Of a stretch of 64,000 nt of DNA, positions 10,601-18,689 are shown piece by piece (position 1 is the first letter of the stretch; each line of letters begins with the position of its first letter). Made by a program: the position numbers and the translations under genes. Source of the stretch: an uncultured Bdellovibrionales bacterium (GTDB taxonomy: Bacteria; Bdellovibrionota; Bdellovibrionia; Bdellovibrionales; SG-bin7). The notes under the pieces were generated by a model that worked only from the letters and a program-made list of their open reading frames with translations, had not been told where the DNA came from and did no database searches. Location of the stretch: assembly GCA_964498095.1 (NCBI GenBank), contig CAZCFY010000001.1:59386-123385 (forward strand), given 5' to 3'.

Positions 10601-11425
10601 CTAGAGGGCATTTTGCGCTATTTTTAGATTGTTGTGGGCGGCTTTCGACTCTGGATGATATTTTACCGCAAGAGCCAAATAACTCACGGCCGCCCGATAA
10701 TTTTTCTTGGCGTAATTAGAGTTTCCTAGGCCTATAAGCGCAGGCAAACTGCGTGGCCAGCGCTTCAGCATGGATTGATAAACTGTAGCCGCCGCAGCCG
10801 GCTGGCTATTTTGTTCTAGTCCTACAGCGGCGCGCGCATGCGTGAGTTCGCTCGCGGATCTGGCGAGTTCGGTTGGACGAAGTACCACAAGTCCCCAATA
10901 GTTTCCAAGTTTCCACGACCGTTCAAACTTGCGCATTTCCCAAACTTTGTTTTCCTCCGGCCCAGAATGCATCCCGACGGATTGACTATCCAAATCATAA
11001 CCAAACACCAGGGCATAATGCCAACGGGGAAACCAGTTAAAAGCGAGATTTTCAAAAACTATTACGGGGTGCCCGTCGGCAATTTCCGCCAATAAAGCTG
11101 CCATTCCTTCAATGGGAACCGCCAACATACCGTTGCGGCGGGCCGCCGTTATCATGTCGGTTTGTAAGGTTCCTTGCAGGCTGGGCAAATATACCTGGCG
11201 AGTGATTTCCTCAACGGAAATCATCTTACCAGACCAGCGCATAATCATCGCGAGCGATGCCGGCCCGCACTGACCACTTTCTTGGTTTATAAATGGGACA
11301 TTGGTAATTTGAAAGCGGCGAGGGACGGGTGGCGGGTCAATAAAAAGCGAGTCCGTTTGGGGCGTAGAGCTGGCGCAGCCGGTTCCGAGCAAAATAATCA
11401 ATAAATAAAAACGGCGCCAACGCAT
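10601..11425 (-). CDS. PA2778-family C39-like cysteine peptidase lipoprotein with TPR
   Basis: LGTGC lipobox, VPFINQ..QCGPASLAM, WHYALVFGYD, C-terminal TPR (ALIGLGNSNY, AAHNNL). Confidence 0.85.
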   Translation of the reverse strand: MRWRRFYLLIILLGTGCASSTPQTDSLFIDPPPVPRRFQITNVPFINQESGQCGPASLAMIMRWSGKMISVEEITRQVYLPSLQGTLQTDMITAARRNGMLAVPIEGMAALLAEIADGHPVIVFENLAFNWFPRWHYALVFGYDLDSQSVGMHSGPEENKVWEMRKFERSWKLGNYWGLVVLRPTELARSASELTHARAAVGLEQNSQPAAAATVYQSMLKRWPRSLPALIGLGNSNYAKKNYRAAVSYLALAVKYHPESKAAHNNLKIAQNAL

Positions 11426-11434
11426 ATAAAAAAA

Positions 11435-11767
11435 CTAAATTCGTTTAACTAAATAAATGATGAGTACAACCAGTAAAACTGTAACTAAAATGTCGCCGCC
11501 GGCGCGGGCTTCTACAATTTGAGCGTGCATCTGGCGCAACTCATCTTGATTTAGGTTTGCTATCCGCTTTTCTGCTTCGTCGGTGGTAAGGCCATGTTTA
11601 AGTAATTCATTGCGGACTTCATCTAATTTTAGAAATTTGCCAATCTGGTCCTTTGCATCTTGTTTTTCTAATTCGTCAACTACCATGCTCGTGGAAATCA
11701 TGGGGTTTGCAAAAGCGTGAGGTGATGGAATCAATAAAAGCGAAAGAAAAATCGCGCGCATTTTCAT
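11435..11767 (-). CDS. PA2779-family protein
   Basis: Signal peptide, MISTS, V..EL..HG....EA..RIA.L..DEL, AGG followed by a hydrophobic C-terminal tail. Directly upstream of PA2778. Confidence 0.85.
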   Translation of the reverse strand: MKMRAIFLSLLLIPSPHAFANPMISTSMVVDELEKQDAKDQIGKFLKLDEVRNELLKHGLTTDEAEKRIANLNQDELRQMHAQIVEARAGGDILVTVLLVVLIIYLVKRI

Positions 11768-11788
11768 AATTTACTCCTTACTTTATAA

Positions 11789-11820
11789 AGGTAACAGTTC
11801 CCTTTTCTCGATGCAAGGCA
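11789..11820. repeat. 32-bp dispersed intergenic repeat, copy A
   Basis: aggtaacagttcccttttctcgatgcaaggca; 29/32 identical to 63763-63794. Confidence 0.85.
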
Positions 11821-11870
11821 ACACTTTGGTGTAAAATCATCTTCACAAATTTTGCCTTGGGCGATTGGTA

Positions 11871-13304
11871 TTATATTCCATACCAATGGCGCAACCACGC
11901 CTCAATGATATCCCCTGTAGATTGGGGATCTATTGGTACGCCGCTCTCGCTGTAAATTGTTACGGCATTTTCGCGCACGAATTTAACAAAATCCTCGGTT
12001 GAAAGAACCTTACCTTTATAAGTCTGATATAGTTTTGCCAACAAATTAAGAAAGGCCTGAGTGGCTAAATTCTTATCCTTGGTAAGCGCTTCAAGGGTAA
12101 GTCTAACGGCATGAAGCGAAGCCGCGCCCTTGCAATAAGGAATCTGGTTAAAAATGTCCTTTGGATCCGTCGTCGCCGGATTATTTAATTTGTCAGCCGA
12201 CTTGTCATCTAAACAGGAAGTGTTTTTGCCGAAACGGTATTCATCATAAAGTCCAGTCACATAGGTAGTAAATCCCTCGCTAATCCAAAAATCTCCCCAA
12301 TGGGGAATACGGACATTATTTCCCCACCAATGGTGGGCGACTTCGTGAACGGCAGCGCCTGCTCCCGTGAGTACAATAAGGGAAGTCGACTCCATGCTAA
12401 ATGGATAAGAGGAAACTATAAAGCCGAGCTTTTCAAACTCGTATTCTCCAAAAAGTTTTGAAAAGTAAATCAACGAATTTGAGCTGGAGCGGACACTCTC
12501 TATGACTGCCTTTGCATCGCTGCGACCGGGTTCCAAGTAAATCTCAAGGGGGATTTTATGTTTTGCGGTTTTACAATCGGCACGCTGATCATTAATTTTT
12601 CCGTCAAAATTAAAACAGATATCCTCGCGGTAGGTCTCAAAAACTCCCACGGAGAAAATAAAATTGTAGGTCGTTGTGGGTTTAGCTTGGGTCCAATAAT
12701 AAGACTTTTGCTTACCTACTTCTCTAACGTTGACTAACTTTCCGTTAGCGATCGCGGTTAACTCCGAAGGGACATTAAGGATAAACGAAACAGTCGCGGC
12801 ATCAAGAGGGGAGTCATTAGCGGGAAACCAAAAACGCGCATAATAAGGCCAGCCCAGAGTTAATAATTTACTACCGCTCTTAAAGAGTCCTGCCATTTTC
12901 TTATTTAAGGTAAGATCATAATCTATGTTTAAGGTTGTGGATTTTCCCGCCTCTAAATTTTCGCCTCGGATTTCGAGCACATCTCCGCTAAGATCCCAAT
13001 GATTAGGAATTCCCTTTAATAACGAGAATTGAGCGGCGCGACCATTTACCCGCGCGCTCTTGATTTTTAGAAATTGAGATTCCATATGAAGTTCGATGCT
13101 AGAAGTATCCTTATTGGGTATTAATTTAATTTCAGTTTGGATGGGAATAGATTGCGCGTCTAAATTCGTAACTGTCACATTAAAATGGTAACTCATTACA
13201 TCAATCTCTGGATTAGCGAAGTAAGCTAGCATTTTATCGAGGACTTCGCTTTGCGAGGCCCGTACAACAAAGAGTAAGAGACTAAAAATAAAAAAGCGCT
13301 TCAT
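11871..13304 (-). CDS. Secreted M1-family (gluzincin) aminopeptidase
   Basis: VHEVAHHWWG (HExxH), WISEGFTTY, PYCKGA, ARFWFPAND. SMES in place of GAMEN. Confidence 0.88.
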   Translation of the reverse strand: MKRFFIFSLLLFVVRASQSEVLDKMLAYFANPEIDVMSYHFNVTVTNLDAQSIPIQTEIKLIPNKDTSSIELHMESQFLKIKSARVNGRAAQFSLLKGIPNHWDLSGDVLEIRGENLEAGKSTTLNIDYDLTLNKKMAGLFKSGSKLLTLGWPYYARFWFPANDSPLDAATVSFILNVPSELTAIANGKLVNVREVGKQKSYYWTQAKPTTTYNFIFSVGVFETYREDICFNFDGKINDQRADCKTAKHKIPLEIYLEPGRSDAKAVIESVRSSSNSLIYFSKLFGEYEFEKLGFIVSSYPFSMESTSLIVLTGAGAAVHEVAHHWWGNNVRIPHWGDFWISEGFTTYVTGLYDEYRFGKNTSCLDDKSADKLNNPATTDPKDIFNQIPYCKGAASLHAVRLTLEALTKDKNLATQAFLNLLAKLYQTYKGKVLSTEDFVKFVRENAVTIYSESGVPIDPQSTGDIIEAWLRHWYGI

Positions 13305-13483
13305 AAATAAAGGCTAGCCTAACACAAATAGGTGGTCAAATTTTGATTGCCTTGTAAAATTTCGATGACGTCAACGGCGGCGAAATCGTAAAGCCTGTTC
13401 TGGTAATCGCGCCGTTTAATTTCCTTGACGGCCCAAAGGGCTTTCTTTAGCGTCCAGCCTCCACATACAAACTAGGAGGAAAA

Positions 13484-13864
13484 ATGATTAAAACAATTCT
13501 TACCGCCATCGCTTTAGCGGCGGCTGTTCCCGCATTTGGTGCTGATATCGTTGGCAAATGGCAAATGCAGCAAGATGTAAATGGATTTAAACTGACCATG
13601 ACTATGGCAATTGAGCAAAACGTAACTCACCTTTCTAACGATTGCGAATGGCAAGGTAAACGCGCTCACGTTAGCGTTGATGTGCCGTCGAAAATTGAAG
13701 GCAACACATATTCTGTTTTAGGTACTGCTACAAAAACAACTTCTGAAAATGGTTTAAGCTGTGACGTTAGCGCACAACCTATGACTTTAACATACCAAGC
13801 TACTGACACTCAGCTGACTCTATCGGCTAACGGTCAGTCGATGGTTCTTACTCGCGTTCAGTAA
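13484..13864 (+). CDS. Secreted hypothetical protein (lipocalin-like beta barrel)
   Basis: GGAGG RBS, signal peptide, DIVGKW N-terminus, ends LTLS....MVLTR. Confidence 0.7.
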   Translation: MIKTILTAIALAAAVPAFGADIVGKWQMQQDVNGFKLTMTMAIEQNVTHLSNDCEWQGKRAHVSVDVPSKIEGNTYSVLGTATKTTSENGLSCDVSAQPMTLTYQATDTQLTLSANGQSMVLTRVQ

Positions 13865-13900
13865 TTATTTTTGTTAGGGGGCTGCCGCATGGGTGGCCTC

Positions 13901-14440
13901 TTAAAATCCCGAATTTGATTCCAAAAATTTAAGTTCTTCTGGGGTTGAATTCCGTCCCAGTACGGCATTGCGATGCGGGTAACGGCCGAAACGCTTAATT
14001 ACGTCCATATGCATTTGTTCGTACTTTAAGGAGTACTCAAGGCCCGGCTGGTTAAAAAGTTTAAGCGCTACCTCATGAATTTCTACCGACTCGCTGTGCA
14101 TATAGGGCATGTATAAAAAAGACTTTTCGCTAGCTACGAGCTCCTGGTCGGCCTTAGCATGAACAGCCTCCTGAGCTAAAGTTAATGCCTGGGCATCACA
14201 CGCAAACGCAAGGGGAGAACCGCGGAAAATATTTCGCGAGAACTGATCCAAAATAATTATCTCGGCAAGTCGGCCTTTAGCTATTTCCCGCCAAGCGTAT
14301 AATTCACACTGGCGCGCAGATTGGTGTAACGTTAAAAATCTATCCCGAATTGTCTGGTCAAGCCTTTCGTCTTTAGTAAACCATTGTTCTGTTGTGAGTT
14401 CACCAAACCAGAAATCCAAAATAACCGCGTGACTTACCAT
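13901..14440 (-). CDS. DUF924-family protein
   Basis: ILDFWF, WF.KD..LD..I..RF, ILDQFSRNIFR, FLYMPYMHSE, RFGRYPHRN..LGR.ST.EE. Confidence 0.92.
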   Translation of the reverse strand: MVSHAVILDFWFGELTTEQWFTKDERLDQTIRDRFLTLHQSARQCELYAWREIAKGRLAEIIILDQFSRNIFRGSPLAFACDAQALTLAQEAVHAKADQELVASEKSFLYMPYMHSESVEIHEVALKLFNQPGLEYSLKYEQMHMDVIKRFGRYPHRNAVLGRNSTPEELKFLESNSGF

Positions 14441-14545
14441 GGCAGTAATGTAGGCGACTCAGCTGTTTTAGCCAAGGCGAAATGCTTAGCGAAACATGAA
14501 AAGAAGTTGAAAGTTGCCAAGAGTTGGCAGAGAGTTTCGTGGTCT

Positions 14546-14731
14546 ATGGAAGAAATCGAAAAGTATTTCAAGTGCCCGCATTGCCGGGAGAAAATCTCAA
14601 TGTTGTTGGATCTGTCGGTCGAAGGAGTGCAAAGTTATATCGAAGATTGTGAAGTCTGCTGCCGGCCCATTCAAATCACCTATTCCGTGGAAGACGGCCA
14701 GTTCGCGGCTTTTAAGGCCGTAGCGAGCTAA
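14546..14731 (+). CDS. CPXCG motif-containing cysteine-rich protein
   Basis: CPHCRE...YIEDCEVCCRPI. Start at ATG 14546. Confidence 0.88.
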   Translation: MEEIEKYFKCPHCREKISMLLDLSVEGVQSYIEDCEVCCRPIQITYSVEDGQFAAFKAVAS

Positions 14732-14853
14732 ATGCATTCAGATTATGAAGAGTGAGTGTTACAGGCTTTCGCCAAAGGCTAACAATCTCCGTCGGCAAGA
14801 GAGCCCTATTTTGTCGTTCTAATTTGATTTTATGTAAACTAAACGCTGTAGAG

Positions 14854-15168
14854 ATGGGCCCAGGAGTTGCAATCAAACCCCATACATTCAAACGGGAAGG
14901 TGAAGGGCAAATCATCAAATTTAAAGGGTTTAAGTATAAGTGGGTAGTCGTATTAGAAGACACTCCACAAAAGTTTAGTAATGGAATGTTTATTCTGGAA
15001 AAAGGCGACATGTGTATTCTTTTGCCGGGCGCGCCGATGAAGTATCTCGGTCCTGCGGAAACAAAAGATGTTTCTGTTTTTCAGTTGGTGACGGAAGAGG
15101 ATATCGAAGGCACGAGTTGCCAAAATGGCGCGCGCTTTGAGATTGGAAACGCCTATGTCATCCAATAG
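14854..15168 (+). CDS. Hypothetical protein
   Basis: Protein-like ORF that overlaps the start of the next gene. Start uncertain (14752 or 14854). Confidence 0.45.
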   Translation: MGPGVAIKPHTFKREGEGQIIKFKGFKYKWVVVLEDTPQKFSNGMFILEKGDMCILLPGAPMKYLGPAETKDVSVFQLVTEEDIEGTSCQNGARFEIGNAYVIQ

Positions 15169-15847
15169 CTTTATATTCGCGTATATTTTGTTGTTAGGGA
15201 TTGGTGCGCAAGCTTTCACCGACCCTGTCACTGGCAATTGCCCCGTGGATTTTCAATTCGCACTGCAAGCAAGTTATCCCGCCATTGATGCCGGAACTTA
15301 CACAAGCTCAGTTAAATCTGCTAGCGCCTTTTCCAATAGCGCTGTACTTTCGGATCCTATGCAATTTGCCGTAGGCCGCTATTTAAAGACTCAAAGCAAA
15401 GCCGAAGCGATCGTGACAAATGTTAATTTAAGTACTGGCGTTGTTACCGTGGACCGCAATATAAATTGGAAGAGCGGCGAAGGTGTCTTTTTTAAAATGT
15501 ATTATGGTAATGCGCCGGATATCGGCGCGTGCGAGTATGTAGGACTTGCCGGTGCGATTCCACCTTCATCGCCACAGAACTTACGTCTGTCAAAATTTTA
15601 TTTAGAGCAGGAAATTTTAACTAATAACATAATTAGGGCGCTGAATTTAAATATGGAAGCGTTTAATTCACGCTTAAAACTTTGTCAGCAAGATATGTTT
15701 GATAATGTGCTGGGGTGTTTACTCAATGTTCAGGATTTTATTCGCCAGGCAAGCGATCAAGCCGGAACAGGCGCAAAAATCAAAGAACTTGAAACGCTTG
15801 AAGCCAATCTAAAGGAACTGTTAGAGCATTTACAGATGCAGATTTAG
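15155..15847 (+). CDS. Hypothetical secreted protein with choice-of-anchor-Q-like motifs
   Basis: FTDP..G..DF..L....PAIDAG and APDIGACEY motifs, then PPSSPQNLRL and a helical tail. Confidence 0.55.
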   Translation: MSSNSFIFAYILLLGIGAQAFTDPVTGNCPVDFQFALQASYPAIDAGTYTSSVKSASAFSNSAVLSDPMQFAVGRYLKTQSKAEAIVTNVNLSTGVVTVDRNINWKSGEGVFFKMYYGNAPDIGACEYVGLAGAIPPSSPQNLRLSKFYLEQEILTNNIIRALNLNMEAFNSRLKLCQQDMFDNVLGCLLNVQDFIRQASDQAGTGAKIKELETLEANLKELLEHLQMQI

Positions 15848-16231
15848 TTACTTGCAGTTTGCAAAACTGAAGCGCTCTACATGGCGGCCGGATTCGTCGG
15901 TGATTTCTGCTAAAACGGCCCAGCTGCGAGGGTTTTTATAAATTCCCTTCACTTGGGCGTAGGAATCGCCGTCACCGTCAGCGGCCGCAACTAGTTCTAG
16001 TAAAAGTTTACGAATAGCGCTGTCGCTTCCGTTGATACAAAAAACACTTTCGGCATTCTGGCGAAAATCCTTTATTGTCGGGTAAGTTTTAGAGTCTTTG
16101 TTGGTGCGGGGAACGCCTTTGTTATCAAGTTCAATAACGTATTTGCCTTCGGCGTCTTTGGCGAAGATTTTAGCCGCCGCATTGGCGTTAATGGCTAAAA
16201 ACATTAAGCTAGTCGTTAAAAGTAATTTCAT
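15848..16231 (-). CDS. Secreted hypothetical protein
   Basis: MKLLL signal peptide ending ANA. 127 aa, two Cys. Confidence 0.7.
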   Translation of the reverse strand: MKLLLTTSLMFLAINANAAAKIFAKDAEGKYVIELDNKGVPRTNKDSKTYPTIKDFRQNAESVFCINGSDSAIRKLLLELVAAADGDGDSYAQVKGIYKNPRSWAVLAEITDESGRHVERFSFANCK

Positions 16232-16250
16232 AAGGTTCCCCCGGCAATAT

Positions 16251-16469
16251 CTATTTGCTTAAGCATTTCTGTTCGTAGTTTTGTGCGGCTAGAGTTGGTA
16301 CGCAATGGCTTTCCATTTCTTTTTTTAAGAATTCGCACATGGCCGCTTGGGACGAGAAGGATCCCTGACGGTTGCAGCCATTTTCGGTCAAATTGATATT
16401 TAGTGATTCGTCACTTTTATTGCAGGCAAAACCCATGGCGGCCACGAAAATTAGTACTAAGTGTTTCAT
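16251..16469 (-). CDS. Small hypothetical lipoprotein
   Basis: MKH + hydrophobic stretch + GFAC lipobox. Four further Cys. Confidence 0.6.
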   Translation of the reverse strand: MKHLVLIFVAAMGFACNKSDESLNINLTENGCNRQGSFSSQAAMCEFLKKEMESHCVPTLAAQNYEQKCLSK

Positions 16470-16538
16470 ACCGGAAGTCTTTAACCTAAGATGACTTATT
16501 TTTCTAGCCCTTGCTCTTTGATAATGAAAATTTTATTA

Positions 16539-17045
16539 CTAGAAACACGCATATTTGTTTGGGCCCTGGTTTCTGGGTTTATAGGGGATCAGGCCAAGGG
16601 ATTCCAACGTATTGCGAACAATGTAGTTGCGAACAATGTGGAGCTCCCTTTTCCACGACGTCAATAAGCGGGAATATAGGAGCCGTGACCAAAATTTTCC
16701 AAAGGCCCGGCCCTTTTGCGCTTGAGTTACCCGGCGAGCGATTAATCCTGCAATGACCCGAAAAAAGTTTTGCAAACTTCGCCGCTTCTTTCCACGAATC
16801 AAGAGGTGGATGTGGTTTGAACAAATCGCTATCTCGAACACCGATATCTGATATTTTGCTGCCCATGTCCTAATGAGTTTCTCAATGTATCGCTGATAAT
16901 TTAACAGGGATAGTTTTGCCTTGGCCTTTTCGGAGCGCATTACGACATGCACCGGTAGCTTTGTGTTTAGTGGTCTGTGGAGTTTACGTTTACCGCTTCG
17001 GATTTCTCCTCCATGTTCCAAACGGGGTTTGCTAAAGAGCTGCAT
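16539..17045 (-). mobile_element. IS200-superfamily HUH (Y1) transposase, RAYT/REP-associated type
   Basis: HVVMRS, CSNHIHLLI (HUH), FWSRLLYSR, RNYIVRN (catalytic Tyr). Start at 17045 or 17105. Confidence 0.82.
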
Positions 17046-17093
17046 TTGCTTATTGCGGGGGTTACTGCGGGGTCGGCTTTTGGTTTTCGTTCG

Positions 17094-17277
17094 GGGCAAT
17101 GTCATTTTTTGGGAAAGGCTGCAAACGGCGATTCTGGCTCAGGCAAAAGGAGTTGCGCGACGGCGAAAAGTCTGCCCGGCTGCGGGATAGGTTTGCCCGC
17201 GAACCAAACTTTCGCAAAAATGGAAAATGCAAGAATCTGCCTGGGGGCAATGTCATGTTTACCCCGGGCAATGTCAT
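17094..17277. repeat. Three 12-bp direct repeats GGGCAATGTCAT upstream of the transposase
   Basis: Exact copies at 17094-17105, 17245-17256, 17266-17277. Confidence 0.85.
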
Positions 17278-17426
17278 GGTGGTGCAAGGGGTTTGAAAGC
17301 GAGCCTGCGGGAATTGTCGGTACTGTAACAGGCACGCCGCCTAAAGTTCTCCAATGCCATGATGAGCGTGGTTATGGAAGACGACAGCGGCGCGGATCTC
17401 GTCGATGGTGTCAGCCAAAAGGAAAG

Positions 17427-17792
17427 TTACTTCATCAGACAGATGTCGTAAGCGCCTTGTTTGTGGGTCCAGAGATTAGCAACACAGACAGTACCGTTGT
17501 CGCGATTTTGTTTGCATTGAGCTAGGTTTTGGGATTGCTCGTGGGGACTAAATCCCTTTACACAAGAAACTAAAGTGGGCTTGATGAGTTCAAGGACGCA
17601 AACATCATAAGCGGCGTTGCCATGTTCAAACATATTGTCCGAACAAACTTGGTTTTGGGAGATCTGACTCTCACAAATCGCCATATTTTGATTTTGTTCT
17701 GCTTGTTTAAGTCCTTTGAAGCAATTTTTTACGGTTATGTCGGCTTGAGCTGAGGCCGAGATAAAAGTCATTATCAGCACTAATGTACGCAT
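17427..17792 (-). CDS. Secreted Cys-rich protein with two internal repeats
   Basis: Signal peptide. Two ~50-aa units C.KG....EQ.QN.A.C.......VC..N...H...AYD.C. Confidence 0.75.
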   Translation of the reverse strand: MRTLVLIMTFISASAQADITVKNCFKGLKQAEQNQNMAICESQISQNQVCSDNMFEHGNAAYDVCVLELIKPTLVSCVKGFSPHEQSQNLAQCKQNRDNGTVCVANLWTHKQGAYDICLMK

Positions 17793-17944
17793 ATTAAACT
17801 CCTATTTCGCGTTTACCTTGCAAGATATGCCAATGGAATAAGCTGATAAATTCATTTTCGCAGTGAGTTTTTGTATAACTTCTTTTCACTAGAAGCAGAA
17901 TACGGCACTTCACTCTTTCTCCCCGTTGGCGGAGGTTAATTTGT

Positions 17945-18301
17945 TTAATCTTCGGGAGAAATATCGTCTTCGGGCCGTCGCTCATCAGCTTTCGGAAAGG
18001 TGGTCGCCGCATTTTCTTTTCGATAGCTAGCTGTTTCTTTCTGATCGGGATCTTTCACTTTCTGATCGAGGCCTTTGACATTGTGATTTGTCATGCGCGC
18101 GACAGTGAGTGGGTCTAGGCTGTCCTCATCAATCAACATAGGCCGGTTCCAAGTTCCGCGCCAGGCGTGACTATGGTTGGGTTTATACACTTCATTAGGT
18201 TTATTTGCTGCATTCATATATAGGTTTTTATACGCAAGTTGCGGGCCATTTGTATTCGTATCTAAACGTCCCTGGAAAGGCAGTGAGATTATTAATCCCA
18301 A
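17945..18301 (-). CDS. Hypothetical protein
   Basis: Hydrophilic ORF, co-oriented with its neighbours. Start uncertain. Confidence 0.4.
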   Translation of the reverse strand: MGLIISLPFQGRLDTNTNGPQLAYKNLYMNAANKPNEVYKPNHSHAWRGTWNRPMLIDEDSLDPLTVARMTNHNVKGLDQKVKDPDQKETASYRKENAATTFPKADERRPEDDISPED

Positions 18302-18329
18302 ACGCCGACAAAAACTGTATCCGATTTAA

Positions 18330-18689
18330 TTAAGTCATTCTTTTAAAATGTTTTGTCAAAAAGACGATTACCAATCCTGGTAAAATTAAAGACATTGGGG
18401 CCCAGTTGCCGACGGCGAGAAAAACAATTTGTGCGAGAGCTCGAAGAGCGACATAAGCGTAGACACCCACTTTTTTCATGTTCCAAATAGCGAACATGGA
18501 AGCTAACCCAGTTATCCCACATAAACCTAAAAACCACTCAAACCAAAATGGGAATTCCTCAATCGTCGGGAGTAAACCCATTGCGTTGACGACACAAATT
18601 AAAATGAGAATTAAAAACTCAAAAGAAGAAACTAGACAGACGAGAGAAATTGAGAACGGGCGGGGATTTTTTGTGGGACTAAGATCCAT
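18330..18689 (-). CDS. Hypothetical membrane protein (4 TM)
   Basis: Four hydrophobic segments, WNMKKVGVYAY. Overlaps the P-type ATPase stop. Confidence 0.7.
   Translation of the reverse strand: MDLSPTKNPRPFSISLVCLVSSFEFLILILICVVNAMGLLPTIEEFPFWFEWFLGLCGITGLASMFAIWNMKKVGVYAYVALRALAQIVFLAVGNWAPMSLILPGLVIVFLTKHFKRMT

Noticed and set aside
16977-17525. Overlapping ORFs around the transposase leader (16977-17525 plus, 17062-17335 both strands)
   Set aside because: They overlap the transposase and a secreted gene in antisense or cover the repeat region, with no RBS or motif support.
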